Source: Perkinsela sp. CCAP 1560/9
Lineage: Eukaryota; Protista; Euglenozoa: Kinetoplastea
Reading direction: 5' to 3'
Length of the DNA: 64,000 nt
Assembly: GCA_965644495.1 (NCBI GenBank)
Contig: CBFFSA010000007.1
Location: 620,001 to 684,000 of the forward strand
Below the pieces are notes generated by a model that was not told where the DNA came from, searched no databases, and worked only from the letters and a program-made list of their open reading frames with translations. A program made the translations under genes and the position numbers. Position 1 is the first letter of the stretch, and every line of letters starts with the position of its first letter. Shown here piece after piece: positions 1-11,692 of the stretch.

Positions 1-196
1 TACTTTAGCAAACGATATACGACCGTTCAACTAATTCTTATTTCCACTAATGTTAGGTAAGCTATGGGTAAGCCGATGAAGCATTTCCCTTTACCGTCAC
101 CAAGCAAAGCGAAACGACATTACTACTTCTGCTCCATGCAAGTACAGTGAGCCACTACACATTTTCTAAACTGATCTCCACAAAAGCACAAGCAAA

Positions 197-2026
197 ATGT
201 TCTTTTCCCGACCACGAAGCCTTTTCATGTCCGGATTCTGCAAAGCCTATGACGAGTTCCGCGAGCGCTACGCTCGTTTCGAACTCGCCCGTAAATCCGA
301 GAACCCCATCTCCTTCAAAGAGGCCATGACGGAGGACCTTAAAAAATCCCGCCACCCCAAACCCAAACGTGTCCGCACCGAGGAGCTCCTCATCACCACC
401 ACCGCCTCCCACATCGAGGCCGGTGGGGAGGTCTCCGAACAGGCCGTCCGCGACCAAACCCCCGCCTCCTTGGTCGCCGGAGGCCAGGCCACACTCCAAA
501 AAGGCGCTCCTCTCCCCCAACTCCCCTATCTCACCAAGGAGTTCCTCCTGGAGGCCTCCACCCCCGGCGGGGAGCCCGATGTTTGTATGATCTGCAACCA
601 CTCCCTTCCCCTCAGCTGGGCGAACCACATCCACACCCCCCAGCACCGTATCACCGCCTCGACCTTTACGATTCTGCTCAACCGACACCGCGGCCAGGAC
701 GTGGACCAAATCTTTCGTGCCTTCACGGGTTCCGCGCTGCTCCACCCCGCGGGGTACTACGTGTGCCCCGAGCTGGTCGGGCAGATTGGGAGCGTAGCGG
801 ATATGGCCATGAAACTCCGTAGCGTGCTGTCCTATTTAAGGCGGGAGAGGGTACTGCAGTACTCGATGAGTTTGGTCGGGATGCGAGCGTGTTTTGAGCA
901 AATGGAGCGGCTGGGGGATTTGGTGCTGACCCCGATTATTAGTGATGTGTTGGGGTCGATTTTTGATGTGGATACGGAGTATAATTTAATGCCGATTCTG
1001 GCGCCTGGGTTGTCGAATTCGCAGACACATTATGGGTCGATTACGGATGCGTATTTTACGTCGAATTTGCATTTAGAGTACGCGTTTGACCGGCTTGATT
1101 TAAGTGAAATCACAGAGATATCCTGCGACTCCAGCCGGTTGGAGGGAAAGGGTAAGGCGGATGTTATGGAGGCCATTCTGGGTGAGCTTCAGCTCTTCCT
1201 GTGGGCTTGTGAGGCTGATCCGGTATTTGGGGACTGGTCCCAGAGACAGTATGTTGAGGCACATCACCATCCGCTTATTACTTTGGCCGAACATGCTAAG
1301 AATGTATTAGTCGGACTGGTGGTGCTGGTTTTCATGCGTGTCGTCATCGAAAACTGCGTCCCTATGATGCGAAAATACGAAGAAACGATAGAAAAGCACT
1401 CCAATATGGCCTTGCGGAGGATTCCGAAGTTGGCGACATGTGAATCATACGTTCGCCGTGAATTTCGTCCTGTAATATGCTTAGCTCCACACAGGCCACC
1501 GCAGGAAAGAAAAAATGGTTTTTTAAACATGGCTTCAGCAAAGGACGATTGCTCAACTACCTTCCCTAATGTTGACGTAAATAGATGTTCCTTATTTCGT
1601 CCGAGTTCTTGCGCTGGTTATCAACTGGAAAAGTACGTGTCCTGTTCTGAAGGATACTCCACAAAAGAGTTTTCTCACACAATTGGAAAGGAAAAGAAAT
1701 TTCAAAATTGCAGCCAGAAGATTGCCATGCAGAACGTCATACAGTCGCATCTTCTTTTTGCTGATTACAAACACTCACCCGCAAAATCCACTAATGATAC
1801 AGATGGTTCTTCTAAAGGAGACCGAAAGTCACCCACATTTTCGGAAGGTTCTTCAAACTCCAATCCGACAACTGAGAAAATACACTCCGCACGTCCGCTC
1901 TCCGAGACAGAAATTTTATTACCCAAAGATACGGTTTCACAGGTTTCACTTGACGTAATAAGACATAAGGAATTTTTGGATGGTCAAGCAGCGAGGCGAA
2001 ATGATGTTTCTGTTGCACAAACATGA
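197..2026 (+). CDS. KREN/KREPB-family editosome endonuclease (U1-like zinc finger + RNase III domain)
   Basis: CMIC...WANHIHTPQH zinc finger; RNase III motifs EQMERLGD and KGKADVMEAILGEL; Arg-rich N-terminus resembling a mitochondrial presequence. The paralogue (KREN1/2/3) cannot be assigned by eye. Confidence 0.75.
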   Translation: MFFSRPRSLFMSGFCKAYDEFRERYARFELARKSENPISFKEAMTEDLKKSRHPKPKRVRTEELLITTTASHIEAGGEVSEQAVRDQTPASLVAGGQATLQKGAPLPQLPYLTKEFLLEASTPGGEPDVCMICNHSLPLSWANHIHTPQHRITASTFTILLNRHRGQDVDQIFRAFTGSALLHPAGYYVCPELVGQIGSVADMAMKLRSVLSYLRRERVLQYSMSLVGMRACFEQMERLGDLVLTPIISDVLGSIFDVDTEYNLMPILAPGLSNSQTHYGSITDAYFTSNLHLEYAFDRLDLSEITEISCDSSRLEGKGKADVMEAILGELQLFLWACEADPVFGDWSQRQYVEAHHHPLITLAEHAKNVLVGLVVLVFMRVVIENCVPMMRKYEETIEKHSNMALRRIPKLATCESYVRREFRPVICLAPHRPPQERKNGFLNMASAKDDCSTTFPNVDVNRCSLFRPSSCAGYQLEKYVSCSEGYSTKEFSHTIGKEKKFQNCSQKIAMQNVIQSHLLFADYKHSPAKSTNDTDGSSKGDRKSPTFSEGSSNSNPTTEKIHSARPLSETEILLPKDTVSQVSLDVIRHKEFLDGQAARRNDVSVAQT

Positions 2027-2329
2027 TGATCTTGAACACCTTGAAACGTATCTAGAAAGAGTGTTGTTTCTCATCGTTCTAGAATTTTTGTCTGATGGCA
2101 AATATTCCCGTTCTGCTAAAAAACGAATAGAACATTATCTCAAAGTCTTGTTTCTCTAAGGTACTTGTGCAAGCTTCAAAAGGTAAGAGTTTAACAGTAG
2201 AAGTTTTGTTCGTTGAGAGGTTGAGATGTGATATGATACTATTGTATTAGGATATGGTACACCTTTATTCATATTAGTACACATGCTTGATCCCCGTGCA
2301 CACTCCGAATTAACAGCTACGACTGACAA

Positions 2330-4012
2330 ATGGATGAGTGGATACTGATTAGCTGTAACGGGTTGCTGCCCGCTCACTTTGAAGGGGCCCAGGTGAATGA
2401 GGAAATTTCGTGTGTCTCGCTTCTAAAACAAACACACATGGGTTCTTCTGCAATGTCGAATTCAAGTGCAAATTTAATATCGAAGTCCGAAATATACATA
2501 ATATTTCGCCAAAGTCAAATGAGCGAAGGGAATTCTATTAGTTTCAATTGTGTTCCCCCAACCCTCACATCTAAGTTGTGCTATCCTTGCACGAATCATA
2601 TTTCTCCAACGTACTCTGCATCGGAGTATGTTCAAATCGCATTCGCAAAAGATTATGCAAAAACGCAAATTTTGGAAGTCGATGTTTACGTGCGGAATAA
2701 AAACGAAAATTTGGACAAGTCGTGTGATGAATCTTCACAAGGCCCAACTTGCTATTCTTCGGAAAAGCTTGGCACTGCATACATTATCCTAATTTCACGG
2801 AGTAGCAGCAACCCAGCGCCTTTGACAAGCGCAAGTCCTATTATATCCCCTTCTAACGGGCTTGTCGGTGAGCTTTACTATACTGTGCAACACTTTAAAG
2901 TCACAACAGGGTGTGTCGTACCTCATTGTAGGTGCATCTATTGTTCTTGTGTGCGATCGAAAAAAAATTGCACCCGACAAAAGGATCACGTTTCGTCCTT
3001 TCTTGTTGGACACCGAGGGAACGGAGCTATCTCCTCAGATGTGAATGCGCCATGCGATCGAACGGGACGTCGAAAGCCTCCGGAAAACACTTTGGATTCT
3101 TTTGAAAAAGCTATTCAAGTAGACAAAATTTCCTTTGTTGAGATTGACGTTCACCTTACCGCCGATAGAATTCCGATTGTGTTTCATGACTTTAAAGTTA
3201 ATGTCGCCAGCAATAACAGTGCGTTAACTATTCCAGTTCCCATTGCCCACCTAACTCTGAAGGAATTGGAGGGAATTCGCATTGCAGAGCACAGAACTTC
3301 GCACTTTAAGGCTGTAGTTACGAATCATTGGAATGAGATAATTGAACGCTCTGAATCGGCATCTCAGCGAGAAGCACCATCTAACTTGCACTTGAACTCT
3401 TGGATTCCGATGTCGATTTTAACACCATATCTTCGCAAAGGCTTTTTGAGTTATAAAAAGGCTCTCTGCGAGTCCCCTTCTGCGCTTTCTTTTAATGTGG
3501 AGATTAAATACCCCACCTTTGATGAGGATTCCTTTGTTAAATCTAGTGATGTATATCAAAACATGTACGCATATGTTCAGGGCATTGTGGACATTTCTCT
3601 GCAACATTGTGGCGCTCGGGAAATCGTATTTTCTTCGTTCTCTCCGGAAATATGTATCTTGACACGGGTCATGCAAACTTGTTTTCCAGTCTTCTTTCTC
3701 GTAGCCGAAACAAAAGATGATGGTGGTTACTTTTTAAATGATGGACGAACTGCATCTGCTCAACGGGCACTTGATTTTTGCTGCAAAGTTGGGCTATGTG
3801 GTCTTGTTTTGGAAGCATCTTGGTTGCATTTTAATCCAGAAATTATTCACGAAATGGCTGAGAAGGGGAAACAGCTATGGACATATGGCAAAGGTAACAA
3901 TGCTGCCTCGTGGGTAATGCAGCAATATGATTTAGGAGTACATCGTGTCATTACCGACCTTACTGGACAATTAATTGGTGAGATTAGAGCAGTGGGATTC
4001 TTAACATTTTAA
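2330..4012 (+). CDS. Glycerophosphodiester phosphodiesterase (GDE1/GPCPD1-like)
   Basis: VGHRG, PENTLDSF, VEIDVHLTAD..PIVFHD, FNVEIKYP, VFSSF and WTYG..N motifs of the GDPD fold. Confidence 0.9.
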   Translation: MDEWILISCNGLLPAHFEGAQVNEEISCVSLLKQTHMGSSAMSNSSANLISKSEIYIIFRQSQMSEGNSISFNCVPPTLTSKLCYPCTNHISPTYSASEYVQIAFAKDYAKTQILEVDVYVRNKNENLDKSCDESSQGPTCYSSEKLGTAYIILISRSSSNPAPLTSASPIISPSNGLVGELYYTVQHFKVTTGCVVPHCRCIYCSCVRSKKNCTRQKDHVSSFLVGHRGNGAISSDVNAPCDRTGRRKPPENTLDSFEKAIQVDKISFVEIDVHLTADRIPIVFHDFKVNVASNNSALTIPVPIAHLTLKELEGIRIAEHRTSHFKAVVTNHWNEIIERSESASQREAPSNLHLNSWIPMSILTPYLRKGFLSYKKALCESPSALSFNVEIKYPTFDEDSFVKSSDVYQNMYAYVQGIVDISLQHCGAREIVFSSFSPEICILTRVMQTCFPVFFLVAETKDDGGYFLNDGRTASAQRALDFCCKVGLCGLVLEASWLHFNPEIIHEMAEKGKQLWTYGKGNNAASWVMQQYDLGVHRVITDLTGQLIGEIRAVGFLTF

Positions 4013-4902
4013 ATCAAGTCTTTGTCCAGAGATCTCATTTCTATTACTAGAATCATCCGACATTGGTGTTGTGATTCACAACAGGAGCCTAATGGAGCCT
4101 TCCTAATGAGGAACCTAATGTTCACAACTTGTGAACATTAACACAACTGTTCAATTTTTCTGATGATACAAGGTATAAAACGTATAATTTTGCAATGGAC
4201 TAACAACGCCAAGGAAATTATACCGAATTCTAATACAGAACGTGGCACTCTTCGAGCGAACTGATATCATATTGTCCGTTAAGGTGATATGCATTCATCA
4301 TTCACTATAAGCCAGATTTTTATATTCCAGCCGTCGAGTAAGAAGAATACAGTATCACAAAAAAGTTAACCATATTTTGAGCATTTTTTCAAAGTTACGC
4401 ACGGACTGATATTTCATAAATATTTATCTCACATTTTTTTGCAGGCGGTTGAAACGTCAGAACCTCGCACTGAACTTTTCGGAGGACCATCCTTCAGTGT
4501 AGTCGAACACAACCGCGTTGACTTTTTTCTGTATACCCTTGGCAATATTCGCGAAACGGCATTAAATGGTGATGCAGATTCGCGAATTGCAGCTGAATCT
4601 TTAGGAAGTTGCTTTTCCTCCGTTGAAGTCAGAAGATCACTTCGACCACTTCGACTGCCCACTACATGGAGAGTGGAAAACCATTTGTACTTTGCAGGAG
4701 GAGCGTCTCGACGCCATGCAAATTATTACTCAAATTTCAGTAGAACAGGATCTCAATTCGCAAAAGGCCGCTACTTTTCCTCCTCAGTAAGGTCTGTTGG
4801 ATGCAGTAATTTTGGAATCTTGAAAAACATAATGTATCTCAGAGAACAATTTCACCAATGTCCTCAATCTAGAAAGGTACAACAAGAATAATAATAATAA
4901 AC

Positions 4903-5717
4903 GGTTAAACTGAAGCAAATTTAGCATTTTTCATATTTTTTGATATTTCCGATGAATCCTGGCTCTACTTCGAAGCCACTCTCTTCCAATACAATGAATT
5001 TAAATTTCTTTCTTACTTCAATATCTTAAGACTTTCTTACATAACTCTGCGAACTTAAAGATGAATACAAGTGCAATGAGTCTGCAAGTTCTCGAAGATT
5101 CTCAGCATGACATCCCCGCCGTTCCTCTTCAAACTTCCGTTACATTTTTCAGGAATTGCTTGAACTCGGTCTGATCTTTTCCCTGGCTTGCTCCCCAAAA
5201 TATTTCCTTCACGTTTCAAACGCTTCTTAGCCATAGAGTTAGCACATTCAACAGTGTTTGTATGTACCCCGTCTGGGGTGACCCATTGCTGACGATGATT
5301 TACACTTCGCCACTCGTACTTGGACCGAAGTTTTAGATTATGACGGGCGCCAAGAAGCGGACGGGCGCAATGAAGAAGCAAGTTCATCAATTTTTGAAAC
5401 GAGCGTTGGTACACCACCACTTTGCTCCAATGAGCTTCATGTGTCGGGGTGACTTGTGTACTTTCCTGTAGCACACAACTTTCTGGGCTAACAGCTTGTG
5501 GCTTTTCATTCATTCGGCACATTCCTGCTCGCAAAGTGCAACTTTGCTTAATGTGAGGTCACCCCGACAAGAAAACCCAGCACACCCTTGACAAGGTATA
5601 ACAAAATCACGAAAAATCCAAAAATCAACCTAGTAGAATAAAAAGAAGATTTTTTTGGGGGCAAAAAATAGGAAAAAAAATAATCGAGAAAAAGGCTAAA
5701 TTTGCTTCAGTTTCACA
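4903..5717 (-). mobile_element. Deleted, non-autonomous Merlin (IS1595-like) element
   Basis: Inverted ends AAACTGAAGCAAATTTAGC (4907-4925 / 5695-5713); internal fragment SVNHRQQWVTPDGVHTNTVE in ORF 5055-5534; degenerate 8-bp flanks TAATAAAC/TAAAAAGC. Confidence 0.7.
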
Positions 5718-5844
5718 TAAAAAGCCCCTACTTCTGCATTATTTTTGCTTGCTAAATAATATTTCGAAAATTTTTACGTTACGGTGCTTTTACTAGGGCT
5801 GTACCCATTGTGCGTCTTAGTTTAAGATTTTTTGAGTGGTGTAC

Positions 5845-6906
5845 ATGTCTGACTATGAGTGGAAAACAGTTCAATCAAAAAGAAAAAAATCGCGTCGAAA
5901 ACGGGTACCCCTTTTTCTTCAAGAGAAAGATTCCGGATTTGATCCAGGACTGATAGAACTGGAAGCATTACATTCGGGAACGGGAGTGGCACGAAAAACG
6001 CTGATCGAACCTGAGTTGTGTGCGTTGAAGATGAAACGTGCGCACAGATTGCTACGCATCATTAAGCATATCGTAAACTGCACACCTCGATATCACCAAA
6101 TGTCGAAGTCCCTTGACGAGGTTGCGCGCATTATATCGCATTCATGGAATTTGCTTTACCCTGATCAGGCTGTTTATGCACATATTCGTCATCTCGCGCT
6201 TGCTCTCGGTTCTATCGAAAAAAATAAGAATACTCTTCCACAATTATGTTTTTTCCTTTCGTTGCGAAATCAGCTTGCGATGCGTTTGCAGTCCTTCATC
6301 ACTGCATCTACCGATGTAGGGGATCGCTGCCCTCATCAGTGGCACACAGATGATTTAGCTCAGGCGTACGATCCGGATTCTACATCAATGGATCAGTTTG
6401 TACTTTCTCAATGCGGTTTGCATTCGCGTTTGAATCACCATTACTTTCGAGATGAAAGCAAGAACAAAGTCGAACCTTCAGTTTACGTAATATTTGCCCC
6501 TCACGCACCCTTGCAGCTCACTATAGAAATATGGAATCAATTGCGCATTTTCCGAAGTTCGATGAACAGCATTCCCCAGGAGCCCTCAGCAAAAGAGAAC
6601 AGATTGTATTCGATGCTCGTTTGGATAGGAAACCCTATGATATGCCCCACATTTGATTTTGAGGGAGCACCCCTATTAAAGGAGCACTTCATAGATATTC
6701 CTTTAAAGATATTAAATCCTTTCGAGGAATCTCCGCTGGCGCTGGATGACACTTGCATGTCTATTCTTCGAATTTCTCACCAGATATCCCCACCCAACGA
6801 GATATCTACACCGCCTCTTGCTTTTGATGAAACCAGGGTACAAAGCAACATGGCAGCACTATACAAATATTGCAAATGGAACGGTGCAGGTGAATTTCGT
6901 GTGTAG
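5845..6906 (+). CDS. SRR1-domain protein
   Basis: ALALGS...QLCF, AYDP...D..VL and IFAPHAP motifs resemble the SRR1 family; first ATG at 5845. Confidence 0.6.
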   Translation: MSDYEWKTVQSKRKKSRRKRVPLFLQEKDSGFDPGLIELEALHSGTGVARKTLIEPELCALKMKRAHRLLRIIKHIVNCTPRYHQMSKSLDEVARIISHSWNLLYPDQAVYAHIRHLALALGSIEKNKNTLPQLCFFLSLRNQLAMRLQSFITASTDVGDRCPHQWHTDDLAQAYDPDSTSMDQFVLSQCGLHSRLNHHYFRDESKNKVEPSVYVIFAPHAPLQLTIEIWNQLRIFRSSMNSIPQEPSAKENRLYSMLVWIGNPMICPTFDFEGAPLLKEHFIDIPLKILNPFEESPLALDDTCMSILRISHQISPPNEISTPPLAFDETRVQSNMAALYKYCKWNGAGEFRV

Positions 6907-7378
6907 ACAATTTCTTGCGTGGATCGCTTAATGGTACTAATGTACCCCCCCCCCGGTTTATAATAGCCGCGCTTTTGCCCAATTGAACTTATAAAGGAGG
7001 GGAGGGCGATGGAAGATTAAAAGTTCGCACTGAAATAGCCCTACATTTTGGAGCGAGAAACCAGGAATTATCCAATCGCTAAGTAGGCCCCGGCTCTCTG
7101 GCAAAGTAAAGTGTCCAGCACCACCCCGTGCCATACCTCGAAGAACCACGTAAAAATAATACTAGTATCAAAATATTTAAGACGGTGCAAGAAAATTAAA
7201 AAAAAACTTCCTCGGTTTGCCAAAAAAAGAACCTATAAGCGGAAAGTGGAAAAGCGAAAAGTGGGCGTGGAAAGCTAAAAAGTGTACGAAAGCTCGAAAA
7301 GTAGATAAAAAAATAATAGGAGTCGATTTTGGAAAAATAATGTTTTTACTTTTTTTTTTGGTCACCCCAAAATTTTCG

Positions 7379-7636
7379 GAAATTTTGACCTTGTCGGACC
7401 CCTCCTGCGCGTACCAGGGGGGGGGGGGGTGGAAATCATCGCCGCGGCATACTCTACCACTTCCCTGCGCTCAATTTCGAAAAGCAAAAAATTCGAAAAA
7501 AAAATCGCGACGTATGCCCCCCGCCTGGACCCCCCTCCCCAATGGACCCCCCTTTTTTTCAATTTTGGACCACCGGAGCCCCCTTTTATACTTTTTTTTC
7601 TATTATAAACCCCCCACAGCGAAAAGTCACCCCCCT
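7379..7636 (+). repeat. ~260-bp repeat, probably the 5' region of a Tc1-like element; inverted copy at 24920-25180
   Basis: GACCTTGTCGGACCCCTCCTGCGCGTACCAGGGG... recurs reverse-complemented near 25.1 kb. Confidence 0.85.
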
Positions 7637-8099
7637 CTAACTTTTCAGCCAAGTGTCCGTTTGAGCTCATTTTTGTTGCATTTTGCTGTTCCCAACACAA
7701 AGACTGCCCGTTAAAGCATGGAACCAAAACTCTCAAATGCGTGCATCCGATAGATGGATTATCACTTTCTTCACATTTTTCAAGAGACCAATTTCTCACA
7801 CTTTAACTAATTAAAATTCTCCTCCCATGAGGAAATCAATTATTTCTGTCCGTTTTTGCTGATTTTTGTTGCAAACGAGAAATCTATTATTACTATTATA
7901 ATCTATTATTACTGTGTTCCTCTTTATATTTTCACTGTTTTTGTTCACTTTTTTTTCAATAATTGAGGGTAGAGCGGTAGTGATACAACCACCGCAATTT
8001 TTTCCTTTATTTTTCAGATGTTTTTGTTCAGGTCCAAATTTTTCCCAACTCCAACACACGTCCTGTAAAGTATGTAAAGTCATAGAGTTTCTTACCGCG

Positions 8100-8423
8100 C
8101 AACGGCACCATTCTCAAAATGTAACGGAAGTATACGATGTACGATACAATGGCAAATAAACCCCCGCTCGGTAGTACATTGGGCAACAAGATGCCAAGTT
8201 TGGGGTGCTGTAGGAGTGGGGTGGAGGTATTTGGTTATTCTACGAAATGACACATCTATTACAAGTGAGACGTACATAGAAACATTAAAACAGGTAGATT
8301 TCCCCCTAATAGTGTATTTCAACAGGATGGGGCAACGGCACATACTGCCCGTGTCTCCAAAGAGTATATTGAGAATCGAATGAGTGATGTTCTAAGAAAC
8401 TGCTCCCCCTACTCGCCCGACCC
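8100..8423 (+). pseudogene. Tc1/mariner (IS630-like) transposase fragment
   Basis: Plus-strand translation VWGAVGVGW...YFQQDGATAHTAR...SPYSPD, truncated. Confidence 0.7.
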
Positions 8424-8489
8424 GTTTGTTTATTTCACACTGATTCGAATTATGTCTGGTAGTTTTTTCACAATTTGCGCAATAAACGG

Positions 8490-10453
8490 CATACCCTGGA
8501 CGGCAATAGGAGGTAATTACCTCCTATTGCCACATATTTTAGTCTAAAGTGTGACTTCTAAAAAGTCTTACGTTATCCTATCTAATTCTGTTCTAAGTCA
8601 TAAAGGGGGCTTTTTTCGTTACTAATACAGAGTTTCTGCTTTCTTGTGGTGCAAAATACGATGTTATTGTGCCTCTAGGGCCTACGTAAGGGCGTTCTTA
8701 CCTTTTATCTAACTTCTTACTATTCCCCATACTTTTTCCCACGCTCGTATACTTTTAATGAAAGTCATAACTGTTAGTTACTTTAAATTGTTCATTAATC
8801 GAGTTAATATCCTGATATATCCTGATATGAAGAGGCAGATATTACTCCAAGGTCTCAGAAGCGAGCAGCGCGTCATATTAGCAACGAACTACGCGATGCT
8901 GTTAATCAGCGGGCGGCTGATGGACCAAACCAATTAAGCTTGACAACAATGAGAAAGGTCACGGATATTTCAAGCCATGCGAAGAAAGTTCGGTCTCGGA
9001 ACGTTGAGGACCCACTTAAATTTGGAGATCTATACTGTTATTTTTATTAGGTCTGGGCATACCTAGATGACGTCACCTTCGCGGGTGAACCAAAGGTTTG
9101 CGCGGAAGCCCTGGAGGCCCTCCGCGAGGAGTTGAAATTCCTCGGACTACGGCTGAACGACACCAAGCGTAAAGTGGCCACTAGGCACGACAAATTCTTC
9201 ACGGATGGAAGATTCACCCCAGATGGAACTTCATTGTGAGGACGCACGAGCCTCCGGTAACAAAAAGGGGCAGAGACCAGGTGGATAAGGCCGCCATGGC
9301 ATGTGCCGAGGCCCTGCTCGGCGGGATGGGTTCCTTGGGGAAAACGCCGTTTACTAATAACCTCTTTAAGTCAGATTTCCTAGGGACCATCCCCTTCGAG
9401 CACAAGGCTCAGGACATGCAGGTGAAGTCGAAAAGCGCACCTCAAGGCATACCACCTGGCATTTCTGCCAAAGATCTGCGTAGCAACTCTTTGCTCTGAG
9501 GAACGCCCCGACGTCTACCCAATGGGTCTGCATGCGTCAGATCCAGAATGTGCACTCCACCAAGTGGATGAGTGCCCTGCCGAACAGGCCGGAGTACTAC
9601 ATTCGGGGCCCGTATTGGGAGACTGCGGCACGCCTCCGGTACCTGGTCGCCCCGATCTCGGAACCTGAGCCCCAGTTCGTGCGCGGTGCAACCCTCAGCA
9701 ATGAGGAGTTTTGCGTACACGCACTGGACTGCAAGAAGGTGAAGGGGAAAACTCAGGCCTCCATCCATAAGGAGGTCAAAGAAACGTTTCGGAACCTCCT
9801 ATTCCACTATGGGTTCAGCCTGGGCCACGAAACGAGGTTCGACAACGGACGGGGGCCAGACATCTGTTTCCTGCTGGGACGTAAGATCTTCCTGGTTGAC
9901 GTCGCAGTTGTGAACCCACTGGACCCGTCGAAGGAGGCCGCGGAGCCAGCCCACACGTTGAGGATGGCTGAGGCCAACAAAAGGCGCCCTCATGAAGAGA
10001 TGGCTTTGGTGAGGGGCATGGATTTTCACCCCCTGGCCTTCTCCACGTACGGGATCCCGGGCCCAGAAACCTCGAACTTCCTCAACAAGGTGGCCCGGGC
10101 CCACTCTTCGGACAAGAACGGGTGTCTCGCCCATTTCTTGATGGCCGTCGGGGTGGCCATCCAGATTGTGCAGGCGGCGTTATAAGACTGATACCGCCGC
10201 GGGGTTAGGGGACAGGAGAGGGCGGGGGAGGGGTGTAGGCTTCCGGTGGGCCTAGGTGGTGCACACGAAAAAAAAATGGTTTAGTTTTATTCATCTTTTA
10301 ATATCAAAGATACCGTTTCTGTAAACATATGGTTTTTTCCTGAGTGTAAATTTCAGTCCAAGTTCTGCCATGTTAATTGGGTAATAGAAAAGTGGTAATT
10401 ACCACATATTACCACGCATGTGGTAATTACCGCCTATTACCGTCCAGGGTATG
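8490..10453. mobile_element. Non-autonomous TIR DNA element with 6-bp TSD, carrying a nested CRE-like retroelement
   Basis: TIR CATACCCTGGACGG(C/T)AATAGG(A/C)GGTAATTACC at both ends; AAACGG duplicated at 8484-8489 and 10454-10459. Confidence 0.85.
9048..10276 (+). mobile_element. 5'-truncated CRE/SLACS-like non-LTR retrotransposon remnant
   Basis: WAYLDDVTF RT motif near 9055; restriction-like endonuclease HALDC..H, GPDI, VDVAVVNP, FHPLAFSTYG in ORF 9532-10185; oligo(A) at 10268-10276. Confidence 0.75.
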
Positions 10454-11249
10454 AAACGGCGTAAAGTGGGATACAATGGAATAAAAAATGGTGATTTGAT
10501 GCATGATGTGGATCTTCAGCTCCGATTCCTAAAATTTAATTCTTATACCATAAGTGTATACTTGTGCAAAGTAAGGGCGCACATTGGAAATATATGGAAT
10601 GAAGAGGCAGATTGCCTAGCACTTTTGGCAGCTCGTAAAGTGGCTCGTCCTCCGATACCAAAAAGGAGAAAAACAACTGACAACTCGGAAAATCAAGAGA
10701 ATTCCCAGCCTTTATGGTCCTTAAATGCCTTACTCAAAAGGAAATCCCTTGGAAATGCTTCGAGGTATGGTTGCGAGAACTGGCGGTAATAGGAAACCGC
10801 CCAAGTAAGGAAAGAATTGATGGAATTGCATCTTTGTAAACTTGGAATACCTGGAGGATTGTGTGTAGGTTATGGGAAAAATATTGTTTGTTTATACCGT
10901 ATCAGAAACATATAAACTCTGAACTTGGAAGTGATAGATGAAAGCTTCTTGGATTTGGATTCTTATTGGATACAAGGGCGGCGATGTAATGCTGCGCATC
11001 CTAGATAATCTACAAGATCATTGTCGTTGTATTCATTTTAAGTTGAGAGCTAGAAGCGCAAAGTTTTAATTTCTTTACACAAATATTTTTATGAACAGAA
11101 AAAAAATGCCTTTTTGGAAAGGCGAATTTTGCTTTAATTTAACCGACTCCTGTAACTCTGCGAATCACCCCCAAACACGGCACCGGTTGGGTGACCGAAG
11201 GAGGGGCGAAGTACTTTGACGTGGTATTACTGTGACCCCCAAAAAATAC

Positions 11250-11527
11250 AAATCCAAATCATTCCGCATTGCTCCGGATGGCCACTGGCAAGCCAGACCC
11301 TTTACAGACAGATTTGGAAGTTCAGAGGCCGACGTCCTCTACCAGTTTCAGCTTTTTCATGGCGGCACTAACGTGCTGTTGCCAACACGCTGCGTCGACG
11401 AACTGTACGTTGACACGGCTCACCCAAGAGGTGTGAGCCGGATAAGGGGGCTGGTTCCCTGAGGGAAGGGTCCGGGACGGTCCTCCGAGTACTGGGCCTA
11501 GTCGGTTCTCAGCCAAGCCTCTTAGAG
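11250..11527 (-). mobile_element. SINE family 1, 3' module only, joined to a different 5' sequence
   Basis: Near-identical to the 3' ~280 bp of the copies at 12629-13014 and 17075-17465, without the tRNA-like head. Confidence 0.75.
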
Positions 11528-11692
11528 AGGTCCCGCACTACCCTGTAATGGGGTGTCTCCCCTGAGGCACGTGATGCGAGTCACGTAACTTGCCAATGGA
11601 AGGTGGCTGGTTCATCGGACCAAGAAAAGCCTGCCGGTCGGACAAAGGGTGGAGGTCGGAGGGACTATGGCAAAGATTTCTCTATGTAACTA

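Larger units (their letters stand above)
8424..10789 (+). pseudogene. Retroelement RNase H fragment split by the TIR element at 8490-10453
   Basis: HTDSNYVW*FFHNLRNKR (8424-8489) joins in frame to RKVGY...KVRAHIGNIWNEEADCLA (10460 onward); similar to the RNase H of ORF 13829-16468. Confidence 0.7.

Noticed and set aside
4439-4891. 150-aa ORF between GDPD and SRR1-like genes
   Set aside because: TTG start and no recognisable motif; could be a gene remnant but cannot be supported.
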